NCBI RefSeq assembly: GCF_000143415.4
Contig: NW_003314299.1
Coordinates: 544,229-608,228 of the forward strand
Direction of reading: 5' to 3'
DNA from: Selaginella moellendorffii
Lineage: Eukaryota > Plantae > Lycopodiophyta
DNA: 64,000 nt
Shown here one piece after another: positions 33,768 to 50,647 of the stretch. Position 1 is the stretch's first letter. Each line of letters starts with the position of its first letter. A model generated the notes under the pieces. The model saw nothing but the letters and a program-made list of their open reading frames with translations. It was not told where the DNA came from and ran no database searches. A program made the position numbers and the translations under genes.

Positions 33768-34664
33768 TTATTTACATAATGTATTTGTTGCCCAACGTGG
33801 ATTATTTGGGGATTTTGCATTATAAACTACTAGATTACAGTCATCTTGAACAATTAAAAATGAAGCCAAAATACAATTTGGTTGTTGTTGACAATATTTA
33901 TTGATTGCCCAAACAACCAAGTTCTTTTGTGATTTTGTGGTTGAATAAATAACAAGATTGCCATCGTTTTGTAATTCAAGTGTGCATGTGATTGCATTAC
34001 TTATGAATGTATTTGTTTCCCAAATAATAGATCTTTTAAAAAATAAAACAAGATTACATGTTCTTTGTAAAAGTAAAACTATTTTCTTATTAGTGGATAC
34101 CAAAAACTGATCACTTCTGATAAACTGAAAAGGTTTACCTCTTGAAGCACTTATTAAAACACTATTAGTAAAATCACAATAAAAGTTTATTTGAGTTATT
34201 GATTGAGATTGAGAATGTTCATGATCAGGTTCTGAAATACCATCAAATGAATAAGAAATAGCATAAGTTACAGATTTAATTAAAACATATTCTGCACATT
34301 TTTGAAGTATTTTAGTTTCATATCTCTTTAATAATCTAGATATTGATGTTTTCATAACATGACCAGAAACTTCTCCGTTTGCTGAACTTGATTTACAAAA
34401 TGGTTCTTGACCATAAAAATGCCCTATTTTTACAACAGCTGTTCCAATATTAAGAGGAATATAAACTACATCAAACCAATTTATTTTATATGGAATTGAT
34501 GAATCAATACTACTAATAAGGTTATTAAATCCTTCAATAATTCTATCCATACTTTCACTACTAACTATCATATTTTCATTCCAAAAAGTTTCACCTCTAT
34601 TTGTTCCATAAACACTTATGAAACTCAGAGGAACTATAAATATAAAAAACGACATAATATTCAT
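33768..34664 (-). CDS. Secreted protein: unknown N-terminal domain plus bulb-type (GNA/B-lectin) mannose-binding domain, paralogue A
   Basis: Signal peptide; QxDxNxVxY sites LELQNDGNLVIY and LIVQDDCNLVVY; IIWETNT and RWATNT; intronless and strongly AT-rich. Confidence 0.85.
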   Translation of the reverse strand: MNIMSFFIFIVPLSFISVYGTNRGETFWNENMIVSSESMDRIIEGFNNLISSIDSSIPYKINWFDVVYIPLNIGTAVVKIGHFYGQEPFCKSSSANGEVSGHVMKTSISRLLKRYETKILQKCAEYVLIKSVTYAISYSFDGISEPDHEHSQSQSITQINFYCDFTNSVLISASRGKPFQFIRSDQFLVSTNKKIVLLLQRTCNLVLFFKRSIIWETNTFISNAITCTLELQNDGNLVIYSTTKSQKNLVVWAINKYCQQQPNCILASFLIVQDDCNLVVYNAKSPNNPRWATNTLCK

Positions 34665-34883
34665 TATATCGTTTTATTTAGCTTAAAAAAGAATTACTTT
34701 TATAGTGTTTATTTAGTACTTTTTATTTTTTAATAATACCGATAAAAACACCTTTTATTACAGTTTTGGAACCTAATGGATATTCCAATCATTGTTAACG
34801 TCAATATCACGAACAATATCACAAACATGTCAATGGTATTGCTTTACAAATCACTGAATCGCTTATATATAATCGCACGAGAA

Positions 34884-37539
34884 TCACTCGCTCTCTATCC
34901 ATGTAACTGCATCCTGAATGCTTTCCTTGTACTGATGGCAGCCATGGTCGGACAAGAGTGTGCTGGACAGCACAATCCTCTTAAACCTCGACGTTGGATC
35001 GTCACCGCGAACAACAATGTGTTGGAACTGGGGCTGCTTCGTCTTTTGCTTGGGAGAGCTCTTGCTAGTTCTTCGGCTTGTCTCTTGACTCTCACTCCTT
35101 TGTTTTTCATCGTCTGATGATGCTGCCGCCGGCAATGCCAATTCAAGTAATAGCTCGGGCTGGAGTGGCTTGCGAAGAATATGATAGAGAAGTCCCGGCA
35201 CGTAGAGTCTCTCCATTTCCATGGCTTCCTTCGGGTCTTTTACTGTCTCAGCCACATTTGCTGCCAAGGTTGCCGCTGCGATTTCAGAATCTTTCTCGTC
35301 GACGTCATCATCTACGTCTCCGTTTTCAGTCGTGGACACTCCTGGCATAGGTGTCGCTTGAGTAAAACTAGGAGAAAGAGAGGAAATAAAAGAGCTTGCC
35401 TCTATATGTCGAAGCGGAGCGCAGAAGCTCCGCAGCCGCCATTCCAACTGTAAACCAGTTTGCAGCTTTGTGTATCTTCGTCCCGGCCAGAGCCCCTGAC
35501 CTTGCTACCACCAAGGCAGCCTGGCCATATTTCATTGCCACGCCTGGCAGTGTCCCCTGAGCCAGCTCCAACATTTTCTTCCCTTTGCTACCATCTTTAA
35601 ATGCCTGGCTCCTGAAAATCACATCCTAGCAAGTAAATTTCAAGAACATGGAACTTTATCTTACCAGTCTGTTCCCAATATTTCGGATCGCAAGTCTTCT
35701 AGAGCTCCAGGACTTATTCGAGCAACGACATCGTCCTGAAAAGGCAAACTTTAGACCGAATATAAAAACAAAGCACATGAACCTGAAGAACAATGTTTCT
35801 GATGAAACCCGCTTCTTCAGCTAGCCTCTTATCGACGCAAGGAGGGCATCCATAACCCCAGCATGTAATCCACGAAGGAGGTATGCCAAGCCTCGAAAGA
35901 GGTCCTACGCTTCCACCATCACAGTCCCGCAAGAGCATGCAAAGCAATGCGGCTGTTCCAGCACCCAGGGAATGCCCGACAAGAACAAAACGGTACTCCT
36001 GATAACAAGAAACATAAGATCACAGCCTATGGAAACTTAAGTTCGAGCTAGTTACCGGATTTGCCACAAGAAGATCTCTCAAACAAGTAGTTTCATTATC
36101 CATAAGCCAGCGAGCTGCAGCAAGCATTCCGGAATGAGCATATCTGCAAACGAGTAAAAGAGGCAAACATTGTTTAAAATCGGAGTTATTGATAAGAAAG
36201 CTAAACAACTTACCCACCCTCAAATTTCTCACTGTGAGGATTCAAATCGGTCAAAACATCTGTAGCAGCCAAAGTTCCCCGGATGCTGATCACTACACAA
36301 TGCCTAACATTATCAACAGCAATAAAATACGCAGGCTTTAAAACTCCAGAAGTAAAGACATGCTTAATAATTTGCGTCTCTTCTATCTGGAAAAAAAATT
36401 AAAAAAAATCACTGCGATAAGAATTTCTGTAAAACAAGAACAGACCTTCAAGTCTTTGGCAAGCTTCTCCTTGCTTTTCTTATAGGCAGCATACGCCCAC
36501 CCAAACCAATGTTGGATCTCTAGAAGCTCTTCCCTGCAATCCTGAAAGTTAGCTTACGAAGGCATACAATAAAAAGAACGACTCACAGAGACGAAACACG
36601 AGAGCCATTGATGGTATCAGCAGCACCCTCAAGAGCATGCCGACCAGATAATTTATACAGACCCAGCGTAAGATCTGCCATGCTCCATCGACTCATGCCA
36701 GCAATGCTTCTCTTTATGCTCGCTGCTACAGCAGTCAGCGTGCCTTCTGCTGCTCGAGGAACATCGTCACTAGTTTCTTTGAGCTCTAAGTCATCAATTT
36801 CTTGCGCTGCTGCTTCCACAGCTTCACTTGGCTCAGCACCATCTTTGGACTTCCCTGCAAAACATTTTCTCTCGAATGAACACAATAGCTAAATAGAATA
36901 AGAACTTACTCCTCCAAGCAAGGGCGGGATGGATCATCTCTCCCCACGTTTTCGCAGGCACCTGGTTCGCATCTTTGGTGCCATCGCATTTCCCCTTGAG
37001 TTTCTCATCACGTGGCTGGTCTTTCGGAATGGGCTCCTCTTGTAACACTTCTTTTGTAAGCTCCGAGTCGTCTCTAGATTTACCTGTAACAAGCTGAGCC
37101 ATTTGAAATTCAAAACTCTAATTTTTCCAAAAGGAAAAACTTACGTCTCCAAGTCGAAGGATAGATCATGTCTCCCCATGTTTTTGCTGGAGCTTCCACA
37201 CTCTCCCCCGCTTTATCTTCGTTCTCTTTTTCTTCTTGCAGGGGCTTACTCGCAGAATCACGGATATCTCCTCCTAACAGCTTCCATGTTACAAGAGAAA
37301 CGAAGAAAACAAAAAGGAGAGGATACAAACCAGCTTCATTGCTTGCGATTTGTTCTTGGCTTGTCGATTCAGACTCACTTGGTTCAGCCTCGGCCCTAGC
37401 TTCAGTCGAGGATTTCCCTGGAAATTGCAAAAAAGTTAGAAATGTAGAACGCAATGCCGCTCAAAAACTTACGGCGCCAAGACGATGTAATCACGTCTCC
37501 CCATGTCTTCGCTGGAGAATCCGCCTTCTTCCCCTCCAT
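34884..37539 (-). CDS. Class-3 lipase (DAGL-like alpha/beta hydrolase) with repetitive N-terminus
   Basis: IRGTLAATDVLTDL; YAHSGMLAAARWL; nucleophile elbow VGHSLGAG; WGYGCPPCVD; LYVPGLLYHI; IVLSSTLLSDHGC. Confidence 0.88.
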
Positions 37540-37786
37540 TTGCGCGATCCTACTCTCCCGCTCTCACGATCCCACACCGACGACAAATCAAACCCTAGCC
37601 CCTAGCAAAGCATGCCAGATGTTAAATGTATATTCCTCACAGGAGATGCATTCGCATATTCGTCTCCTTGGCGCCACTTTCTTTGAGTTCGTCCTGGCCA
37701 AAAAAAAAAAAAAAAAAAACAAAAAAACAAAAAGAGAAACTTTTAGAGACAAAAAATGGAGAGAGAAGCAAGAAATTTACCTTCTC

Positions 37787-40677
37787 TTATAACAATGACG
37801 TGCGTTTAGTGGATTGGCTTCGAAGAGTTCTTCGCATCACCTTGTTTGAAGCTGTTCTAGGAAGGGAACCAGCGATTTCTACTGAATCAACCTGGGAAAT
37901 GCGAGAAAAATGAGAACTTGAGAGTAAAACGCGAGGATGGCACTTGCCTTGAACAGAGGATTTAGTTTTCGTTGGATGGCAGCGTTGAATCTTAGCTTGA
38001 GCTCGGAAGAAATGTCAGTTTTGTCGGTCACTTCGGCTTTGAGAACGGCAATTACGCAAAGTTTTTCCGGCCCACCTCCGGTTGGAGAGACACCGATTGC
38101 GGCGGTCTCCAGGACTCTCTGATCTGCTGCGTTGCAAATGCGCTCGATTTCAACGGAGCTCACCTGGAAAACAAAAACAAAATCCACGAGAAGAAAAAAG
38201 AAGATATAGAGCTTACTTTGATGCCTCCCAGGTTCATTGTATCGTCCACTCTGCCATGGGCTTTGTAAAAGCCTCCTGGCGTACGCTCGAACTCGTCTCC
38301 ATGTCTCCGTAACGTCTAAGAAAACGTGTCGTAAGAGAAAAATACTTGGCTTTCCTTTGATCATCTACCTTTCCATTGTGTTTTGGCATTCCTTTGAAGT
38401 AGATGTTGAAATGGTTGGCATTCAGTAAGATGCGTGAAGCTCCTAGCATCGAAGAATCAAGAGCACATTCACCGATACCAGGCATTTCGCTTGGCTGCGA
38501 GCAAAGCAAATTTTAAGAAAACATTATAGCATCCACAATAAGAGAGCACTTACCAGAGGAATTCCGGCTTCGTCCAGAATGAAAACATCACATCCCATGG
38601 CAGGAGTGCTAAAACTCGCTAGTGCTTGAGGTTGCAGAAGTGAGCCCGTGACAAAGCCGCCACCGATTTCAGTACCCCCGCAATATTCAATGACAGGCTT
38701 GTAAGAAGCCTTGCTCATGAGCCAAAGGTAATCGTCTACTGTCGATGCCTCGCCGGTTGAGCTAAAACATCTGAAGAAAGCAACCTTTAAGACCATAAAT
38801 CAGAAGGATGTTCTCGCCTTATATGTGAGAGGTCAATATCATCCAGGCACTTTGTTGTCTTCCAATGTCTGACAATGCTAGGCACAACACCCAGCATTGT
38901 TACTTTAGCGTCCTGTTAAAAACCATAGCTCGAGTGTAAAACAAGTTCAAAGAGCATGAACTCTTACTTGGACGAACTTTGCAAAGCCACGGCCTAGAGG
39001 GGACCCGTTGTAGAGAGCTATAGTAGCACCGTTAACAAGAGTCGCATAAACGAGCCAAGGCCCCATCATCCACCCCAAGTTCGTTGGCCAAGAAACAACA
39101 TCACGACTTCGTATATCCTGATGTGCCCAGCCATCCGCAGCAGCCTTGATTGGTGTTAAATGCGTCCAAGGTATAGCTTTCGGATCACCTAGAAGTAAAA
39201 GAGAAAAAGTATACAACTTGGCCGTAAATTTAGTGTATGTAAGTGTACCTGTGGTACCCGAGGAAAACAGAATGTTTGAAAACGCTTCGCCTGACTGAGC
39301 AACGCCTTTATACTCCTGTGGCCTGTCAAAAGCCGCTATACGATAGTTTGCTAACAACTAAACCGAAGAGATGAATTTACCGAGCAAGGCCCGTGGACAC
39401 TGCCAAGAACTCATCCCATGACATATCGTTGCTGCGAAGTTCCACTGTCAAAGCCCCCGCCTTTCCAGGAATTACAAAAGCTCGAGGAGCGTTGGCGTCC
39501 ACAACTCGACTGCAATGAAGACAGTGAGACGGACGAGTAAATGCTTTGGAATTTGACTTACGTATACAAAGCAAGATCTTTCCCTCCTCGAACAATAACA
39601 TCCTGCAAGCACGGTCTTTTGTTACTATAGCATAATCTTTTCAGACAAGACCGACCTGAGTGAAGATCGCTTTTGCTTTGGAAATGTTTAGCCTGGTCTC
39701 GATTTCCGAGGAAGAGAAGCTGTCAGCAATGGAGACAACCACGCATCCGCAAAGCACAATCCCGAGATAGACAACGACTGACACTGGAGTCATTGGCATG
39801 TTGATAGCAACAGCATCGCCACTTGAGAAACCCAATCGTTCCAAAGAGTTTGCCACTCTACTACAAGAAGAAAAAATCCATCAAAGATTAGTCCAAGAAA
39901 AAAAAAGAGTTGACAAAAAAGGATACCAGGATTGTGATCGGAGTTCGCTTAGTGTGAGTGAATTCAAACCTGTGTCGTTACCTTCGTCTCTCCAAAGAAT
40001 GGCAGTGTTGAAAGCTTTTCTACATCGGCTCTCTTGGAAACAGCATTCCGCGGCATTGAGCGTAGCTTCACAAAGCCATTGACCCCCGGGACATGGCTCA
40101 CCATCAATCTCATTTCTTTCCATGTCTAAGATTCGCGAAGGTTGCTCCACGAAAGGAATCTCAAGCTCCTGGAGAACAATCCTCCAATAAACCTGGAAAA
40201 TTAAGAAACGTTACAAAGAACACACTCCACAAGACAAACTTACGTCTGGATTTTCAACCGAGAATCGCTGGAACTCGGCGAAGTTCGTGATCGGATCAAA
40301 GAAAGAACAGCCGAAGAGATCTCTGCCGTAAGTGTCCATCGTTCTTCCCAAATTCGTGGATTTTGCCTGGGCTCTGTGTCGCGCAAAGAATGAGAGTAAA
40401 GAAGAGAAGAAATTTGCTTCACTTACAAGGAGGGAATCCACACTGGAGGCGGACCAAGCCTCGCAGAGTCCCAATTTTTGTAGCAAGAGTGATAGAGGAG
40501 CTGATGGAGCCGAAATGGATGCGATGGAGCGAGCACATTCTTTGATAGCGACCTCCAGATGCTCGACGGAGACTCACCGGATGCTCGCAGCGATTGATTG
40601 AGCTTCCAGTGGAAAGATCGCGCCTCCTCGTGGCCAAGGCCAGCATCGACGAGCTCCTCAATGCTGGGCTCCTCCAT
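37787..40677 (-). CDS. AAE17/AAE18: Acyl-activating enzyme 17/18-like (AMP-binding), multi-exon
   Basis: [19 protein letters not shown]; [16 protein letters not shown]; FSSTGEAS; [13 protein letters not shown]; [12 protein letters not shown]. The C-terminal SLL may be a weak PTS1. Confidence 0.92.
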
Positions 40678-40746
40678 TTTGACCGCTAGAACCCTAAAAT
40701 ATTACCCGGTTTTTTAGGGCTCTTGAGCTTTTGGGCGTGATTGGCT

Positions 40747-42007
40747 ATGGCGAGTCCAGTCGTGCTCATGGCCGTGCCAATGCTCCCCGATCTCGAGCTA
40801 GCGCTGGATTCCAAGTTCAGACTCCTGCGGCTCTGGCAGGCGGAGGATCCTGGCGCGATGCTGCGGCAGCACTCGGGCCAGATTCAAGCGCTGGTCGTCA
40901 ATCACAAGTTCGAGGCGTCGGCGGCGGTGATCGATGCGCTGCCGCGGCTGGAGATCGTGTCGTCGTTCAGCGTGGGGCTGGACAAGATCGACCTCAAAAA
41001 GTGCAAGGAGCGCGGCGTGGCGGTCACAAACACGCCCGATGTGCTCACGGACGAGACGGCCGATCTCGCAATGGCGCTGCTGCTGGGGACAATGCGGCGG
41101 ATCTGCCCGGCGGATCGCTACGTTCGCGAGGGATTGTGGCCGGTCCATGGAGATTTCCCCCTCTCACACAAGGTAAAGCTCTCGATTCCTGGAAATTTTC
41201 GTTCTTGCGGTGCCAGTGATCGATCAAGTTCTTGCTGCGTGATCCATGGCTTCTTGTGAGAGGGAGCTCCTTGGCTCCCTCTCACACAAGGGAAATTTTC
41301 TATTCCTTGCTTGTGGAATCCTCTTTTCCATCGCATGCTCGACATTCCTGAGAGATCTTTGTTCTTGCGGTGCCAGTCGATCGATCTAGTTCTTGCTGCG
41401 TGATCCATGGCTTCATCTTGTGGATGATCGGTCGCAATATTTTCTTCTAGCGACAGTCATTCTTTCTTTCTCTTCCTCGCAGGTGAGTGGAAAGCGCATC
41501 GGGATCGTGGGGCTGGGCAGGATCGGCTCCGCCATCGCCAAGCGCGCCGAGGGATTCAGCTGCGGAATCTCCTACTTCTCACGCGAGAAGAAGCCCGGAG
41601 TTCCCTACGCCCACTACTCCAGCCTGGTGGATCTAGCTCGAGACTCCGACGCTCTCATCGTCGCGTGCGCGCTAACGCCAGAGACTCGCCATCTCGTGAG
41701 CAGGGAAGTGATCGACGCATTGGGTCCGGAGGGGACGCTGGTAAACATCGCGAGGGGGCCGATCGTGGACGAGGCCGAGCTCGTCCAGGCGCTGGTGGAC
41801 AAGAGATTGGGGGCGGCTGGATTGGACGTGTTTGAGGCGGAGCCACAGGTACCACAGGAGCTCCTTGGGATGGATAACGTCGTGTTGCTACCACACGTAG
41901 GGAGTGGTACTTGGGATACCAGGCGGGCGATGGGGGATTTAGTGGTGAGGAATCTGGAAGCTCACTTCTCGGGGAAATCCTTGGTTACTCCAGTGGCACT
42001 CGAGTGA
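40747..42007 (+). CDS. HPR2: Hydroxy(phenyl)pyruvate/glyoxylate reductase; 2 exons, intron 41173-41482
   Basis: [11 protein letters not shown]; [14 protein letters not shown]; GIVGLGRIG; [11 protein letters not shown]; [10 protein letters not shown]; LLPHVGSGT. Confidence 0.93.
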
Positions 42008-42035
42008 TGGACTGGAATCTGGATCAAGCTAGATA

Positions 42036-42250
42036 GATGGTATTAGTTCCAGGTATCAACAGGGAAAGCAAGCTGGATATCAACAAAGACTTACATTCAA
42101 GAGAAACGAAAACTTAGATGGTAGCAGTTCTAGATCACAGGGTAGTGAAGCTGGATTTCAACAAGAGAAAAGATGGTAGTAGTTCTAGATCACAGGGAAG
42201 TGAAGCTGGATATCAACAAGAACTTACATTCAAGAGAAACGAAAACTTAT
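42036..42250. repeat. Tandem repeat, 3 copies of a 55-80 bp unit
   Basis: AGATGGTAGYAGTTCTAGATCACAGGG..AAGCTGGATATCAACAA..(CTTACATTCAAGAGAAACGAAAACTT) at ~42036, 42117 and 42171. Confidence 0.85.
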
Positions 42251-42332
42251 ATCGCACAAACATTAGAAGCGGCTAGCTTCACAGGGGGTGGAAAACTTCC
42301 GTCCTTCGCTCGGCCATGGGAAAAATCTCTAC

Positions 42333-47783
<5,451 letters not shown>

Positions 47784-48007
47784 CGCTGAAATCGCAGCGC
47801 CGAGAAGATCAGCAGCGCCGTCCCGCGCTTGTCGTGCCAGGCGCCTCTTGCCGCATCCCTCTCGCAATCTAGGGCTTCATTAGGGTTTGTGGGCAAGCAA
47901 TTTAACGTACCAATGAATTTAAAATCTAGCTGCACCGACAACCGTCCATCTTTTGACGGCCCAGATGTCAGAATATATAAAAAAAGAAAGCTTAAAAAAC
48001 AGTGATC

Positions 48008-48078
48008 TGCACTGCCCGGGAATCGAACCCGGGTCTGTACCGTGGCAGGGTACTATTCTACCACTAGACCAGCAGTGC
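48008..48078 (-). tRNA. tRNA-Gly (GCC)
   Basis: GCACTGCTGGTCTAGTGGTAGAATAGTACCCTGCCACGGTACAGACCCGGGTTCGATTCCCGGGCAGTGCA, with a T6 terminator about 9 nt downstream. Confidence 0.96.
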
Positions 48079-48399
48079 TCGTGTGTTTGACTTTTCTAGT
48101 ATGCTAAATTCTACGAAAGAATTTAACTCTTTCGTCAGACCATAGGCCTTGACTGACTGACTTCCCGCCTTTGAATCTTACACCATGACGATTCTAGGGT
48201 TCTTGATTAGGGCTTAGATGACCGTGGACGGTGATTTGCCTACTCTTCTCGCCGGGAGAAGCGTGGATTTTGGTCAGAAATGCAAGCTAGAAATGCTAAT
48301 TTGGAGGATGCCGAGCACTAGCGATGGAGGAGCAATCGTCTTTTGGCCAGGAATTTGCTCTTGAGCTTCAAATTTGGGGTCCACGATCTTGCAAGTAAA

Positions 48400-50507
48400 A
48401 TGACGAGCTGTAGGACAGTGGGGGGCTGTGTCTCGGACTACGTTGCTGCTGGCATCACATTCTTTGTAATTTTCCTGTAAGATTTTTTTGGTTCCTTTCA
48501 TCTTTGCAACGCTAAACGTGATTTTTTTTGTTCCTCTTTTAGAGTTTGCATTGGAATTTGTTTTGTAAGTATCAAACGACGGCAATTGGAGCTCAACGCC
48601 AAGAAGGTGTCGGTTTTGCTCGTCCAAGCATTCGCGAGCTTGATATATCTTGTGGCTTCTCTGGTAAGCTCACAGGTTTTCTAGAGTTTTGCTGTCTCAC
48701 GCGTTCCAAATTCTCAAGATGTCTTTGAACTATTTGAGGCTATCTCGACGCCATCTATGGCAAAATTGTGATCTCATGCGTAAGCAAAATCGCTTTTGTT
48801 CTTTCACTGGCTAACTGTGGATTATAGTTTGGCTGAAGGGACCATTTGGATTTGGAATCCTTTTAAGCTGTCATATTGTACAGGCATATAGGCTTCACTA
48901 CGTCTTTATTGCGTAAGTTTTTAGCTTTTTCTTTCTTCTGTTGTTCCCTTCCATCACTTCTACATTTCCTGTTGTGCAGAAGGCGCCTACCACCTTTGAA
49001 GTATTATCAGCTTCTTCCGCTACTTGTTAGTCCATGGTTTGCTGTAGCCGCAGGTAAGAATCAACGTGGTGTGAGGCAGGCTCTTATAGACACGTTCTTG
49101 TTGATGATCAGTTATACAGGCAGTGAGTGATCACGATAAGCGATCACCGACCTGCCAGTTTAACATACGTTGGGAGCTCGCAGTGGGATCGCTTTATGCT
49201 CTCTATCCTGCTATTCTCCTGCTCGCAACTTGGAAGGTGCGGCACATAAGATTTGAGTTTGACGAGTTCAAGGAGCTTCTCAAAGCAGCTTCCATCTGCG
49301 CCTTAATGCTTGGTAATCTGACATTTCGCTCAGTCTGTTCAGCCCTTCTTAATGCCCTTCTCTGCAGTTGTCTGGGCCGGAATGTTTGTTGCAGCCCAGC
49401 TTGATTCAAAAGTCGTAGTCACTACTCGGTTTATTGTGGCCGTTTTGGTACGTAAATACATTTTTTCTTGACTCAGTGAATTCTAAAACGTTGTGTCTGC
49501 ACAGGTCAGCGTTGGCGTTCTTTTCCTGTTTTGGATTCCTATCGCAAAACCCGTTCACGATCTATTTCACGGCCGTAGGAGTAACCACCGGTATTCAACC
49601 ATGGGGCAAGCGCTTGGAGTTCCAGTCAGTGGAGCCATATCTCAACCGTTGATAGCCTTCAATTTTAACAGGCCGCTGGAGCTGTTGCTTGAGCATAGAA
49701 GGTTTCGACAGTCATATTTGGCTTTTGTCGACAGGTAACCTCTGACGCATCGTCAAGTTCGAGCTGTTAACGCCATCTGTGCATATTTCAGTCGGATGGC
49801 CGGTGAGGTCGTGCATTTTTACAGTGAGGTTCGAGAGCTCAACAAACTCCAGCAGCAGCATCAAGTTGTGCAGAGAATTTACATGGCAGAACACATCATT
49901 GACAAGTACATCAAGTCAGGTTGGCCATTGTTCAGTGAGAAATGCTTAGCAAAACTCTTTAAGTTGCTCCAGGTGCGCCAATGGAGATCAATATATCCCA
50001 TCAAATGCGTTTAGACATTATCAATACGACTGATTTGGCTGACCCAGACCTGTTCAAGCGTGCCGTCGGCGAAGTTTTGAAAATGATGCAAATGGTACGT
50101 GAGTTTCTTGTGTGTTCTTCCATGTATTTGTGAATTTCGGCAACCCTGAAACAGAATCTGTCGAACGACTACTGGCAATCCGAGTATTTTCAAGAACTAA
50201 AAGATGAACTGGACGCTGATGTGGAATCTCAGCAAACTGGTGACGATCTAGAACAGCAACTAGATGTGACTGCTACCAAGCGTGCGTTGAGAAGGCTTTA
50301 CGATCCTACTCCAGACAATCCATTCGACCAAGGTTGCCCGTTCAGTGGTGAACTTCGCAAAGAGAATCAACCCGAACAACATCATACTGGAGTAAGTCAA
50401 AAACTTCACTGAAACTATATAGCTCAACGTGTGCTTCACAGGAATCACAATCCCAGAGGTCCGAAATCTTATTAACTAGCCAAGACACTACGCTGCCACG
50501 GAGTTGA
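48400..50507 (+). CDS. RGS1: 7TM regulator of G-protein signalling, multi-exon
   Basis: GGCVSDYVAAGI; WLKGPFGFGILLSC; RRLPPLK; VRHIRFEFDEFKEL; MGQALGVPVSG; LLEHRRFRQSYLAFVD; RIYMAEHIIDKYI; MEINISH. Confidence 0.92.
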
Positions 50508-50647
50508 TCCTGGCGAACTAGAATCTGGACGATACACGAAATTCGTGCGCGCAGAGTAAGAAATTAACAGTCGAGTTTTTCTTCTTTAGCGACAAAGCAT
50601 TGTGTGTTCTTCAGCTCGAGTTATGTTCTACAACGTTGTTTGCTGGA

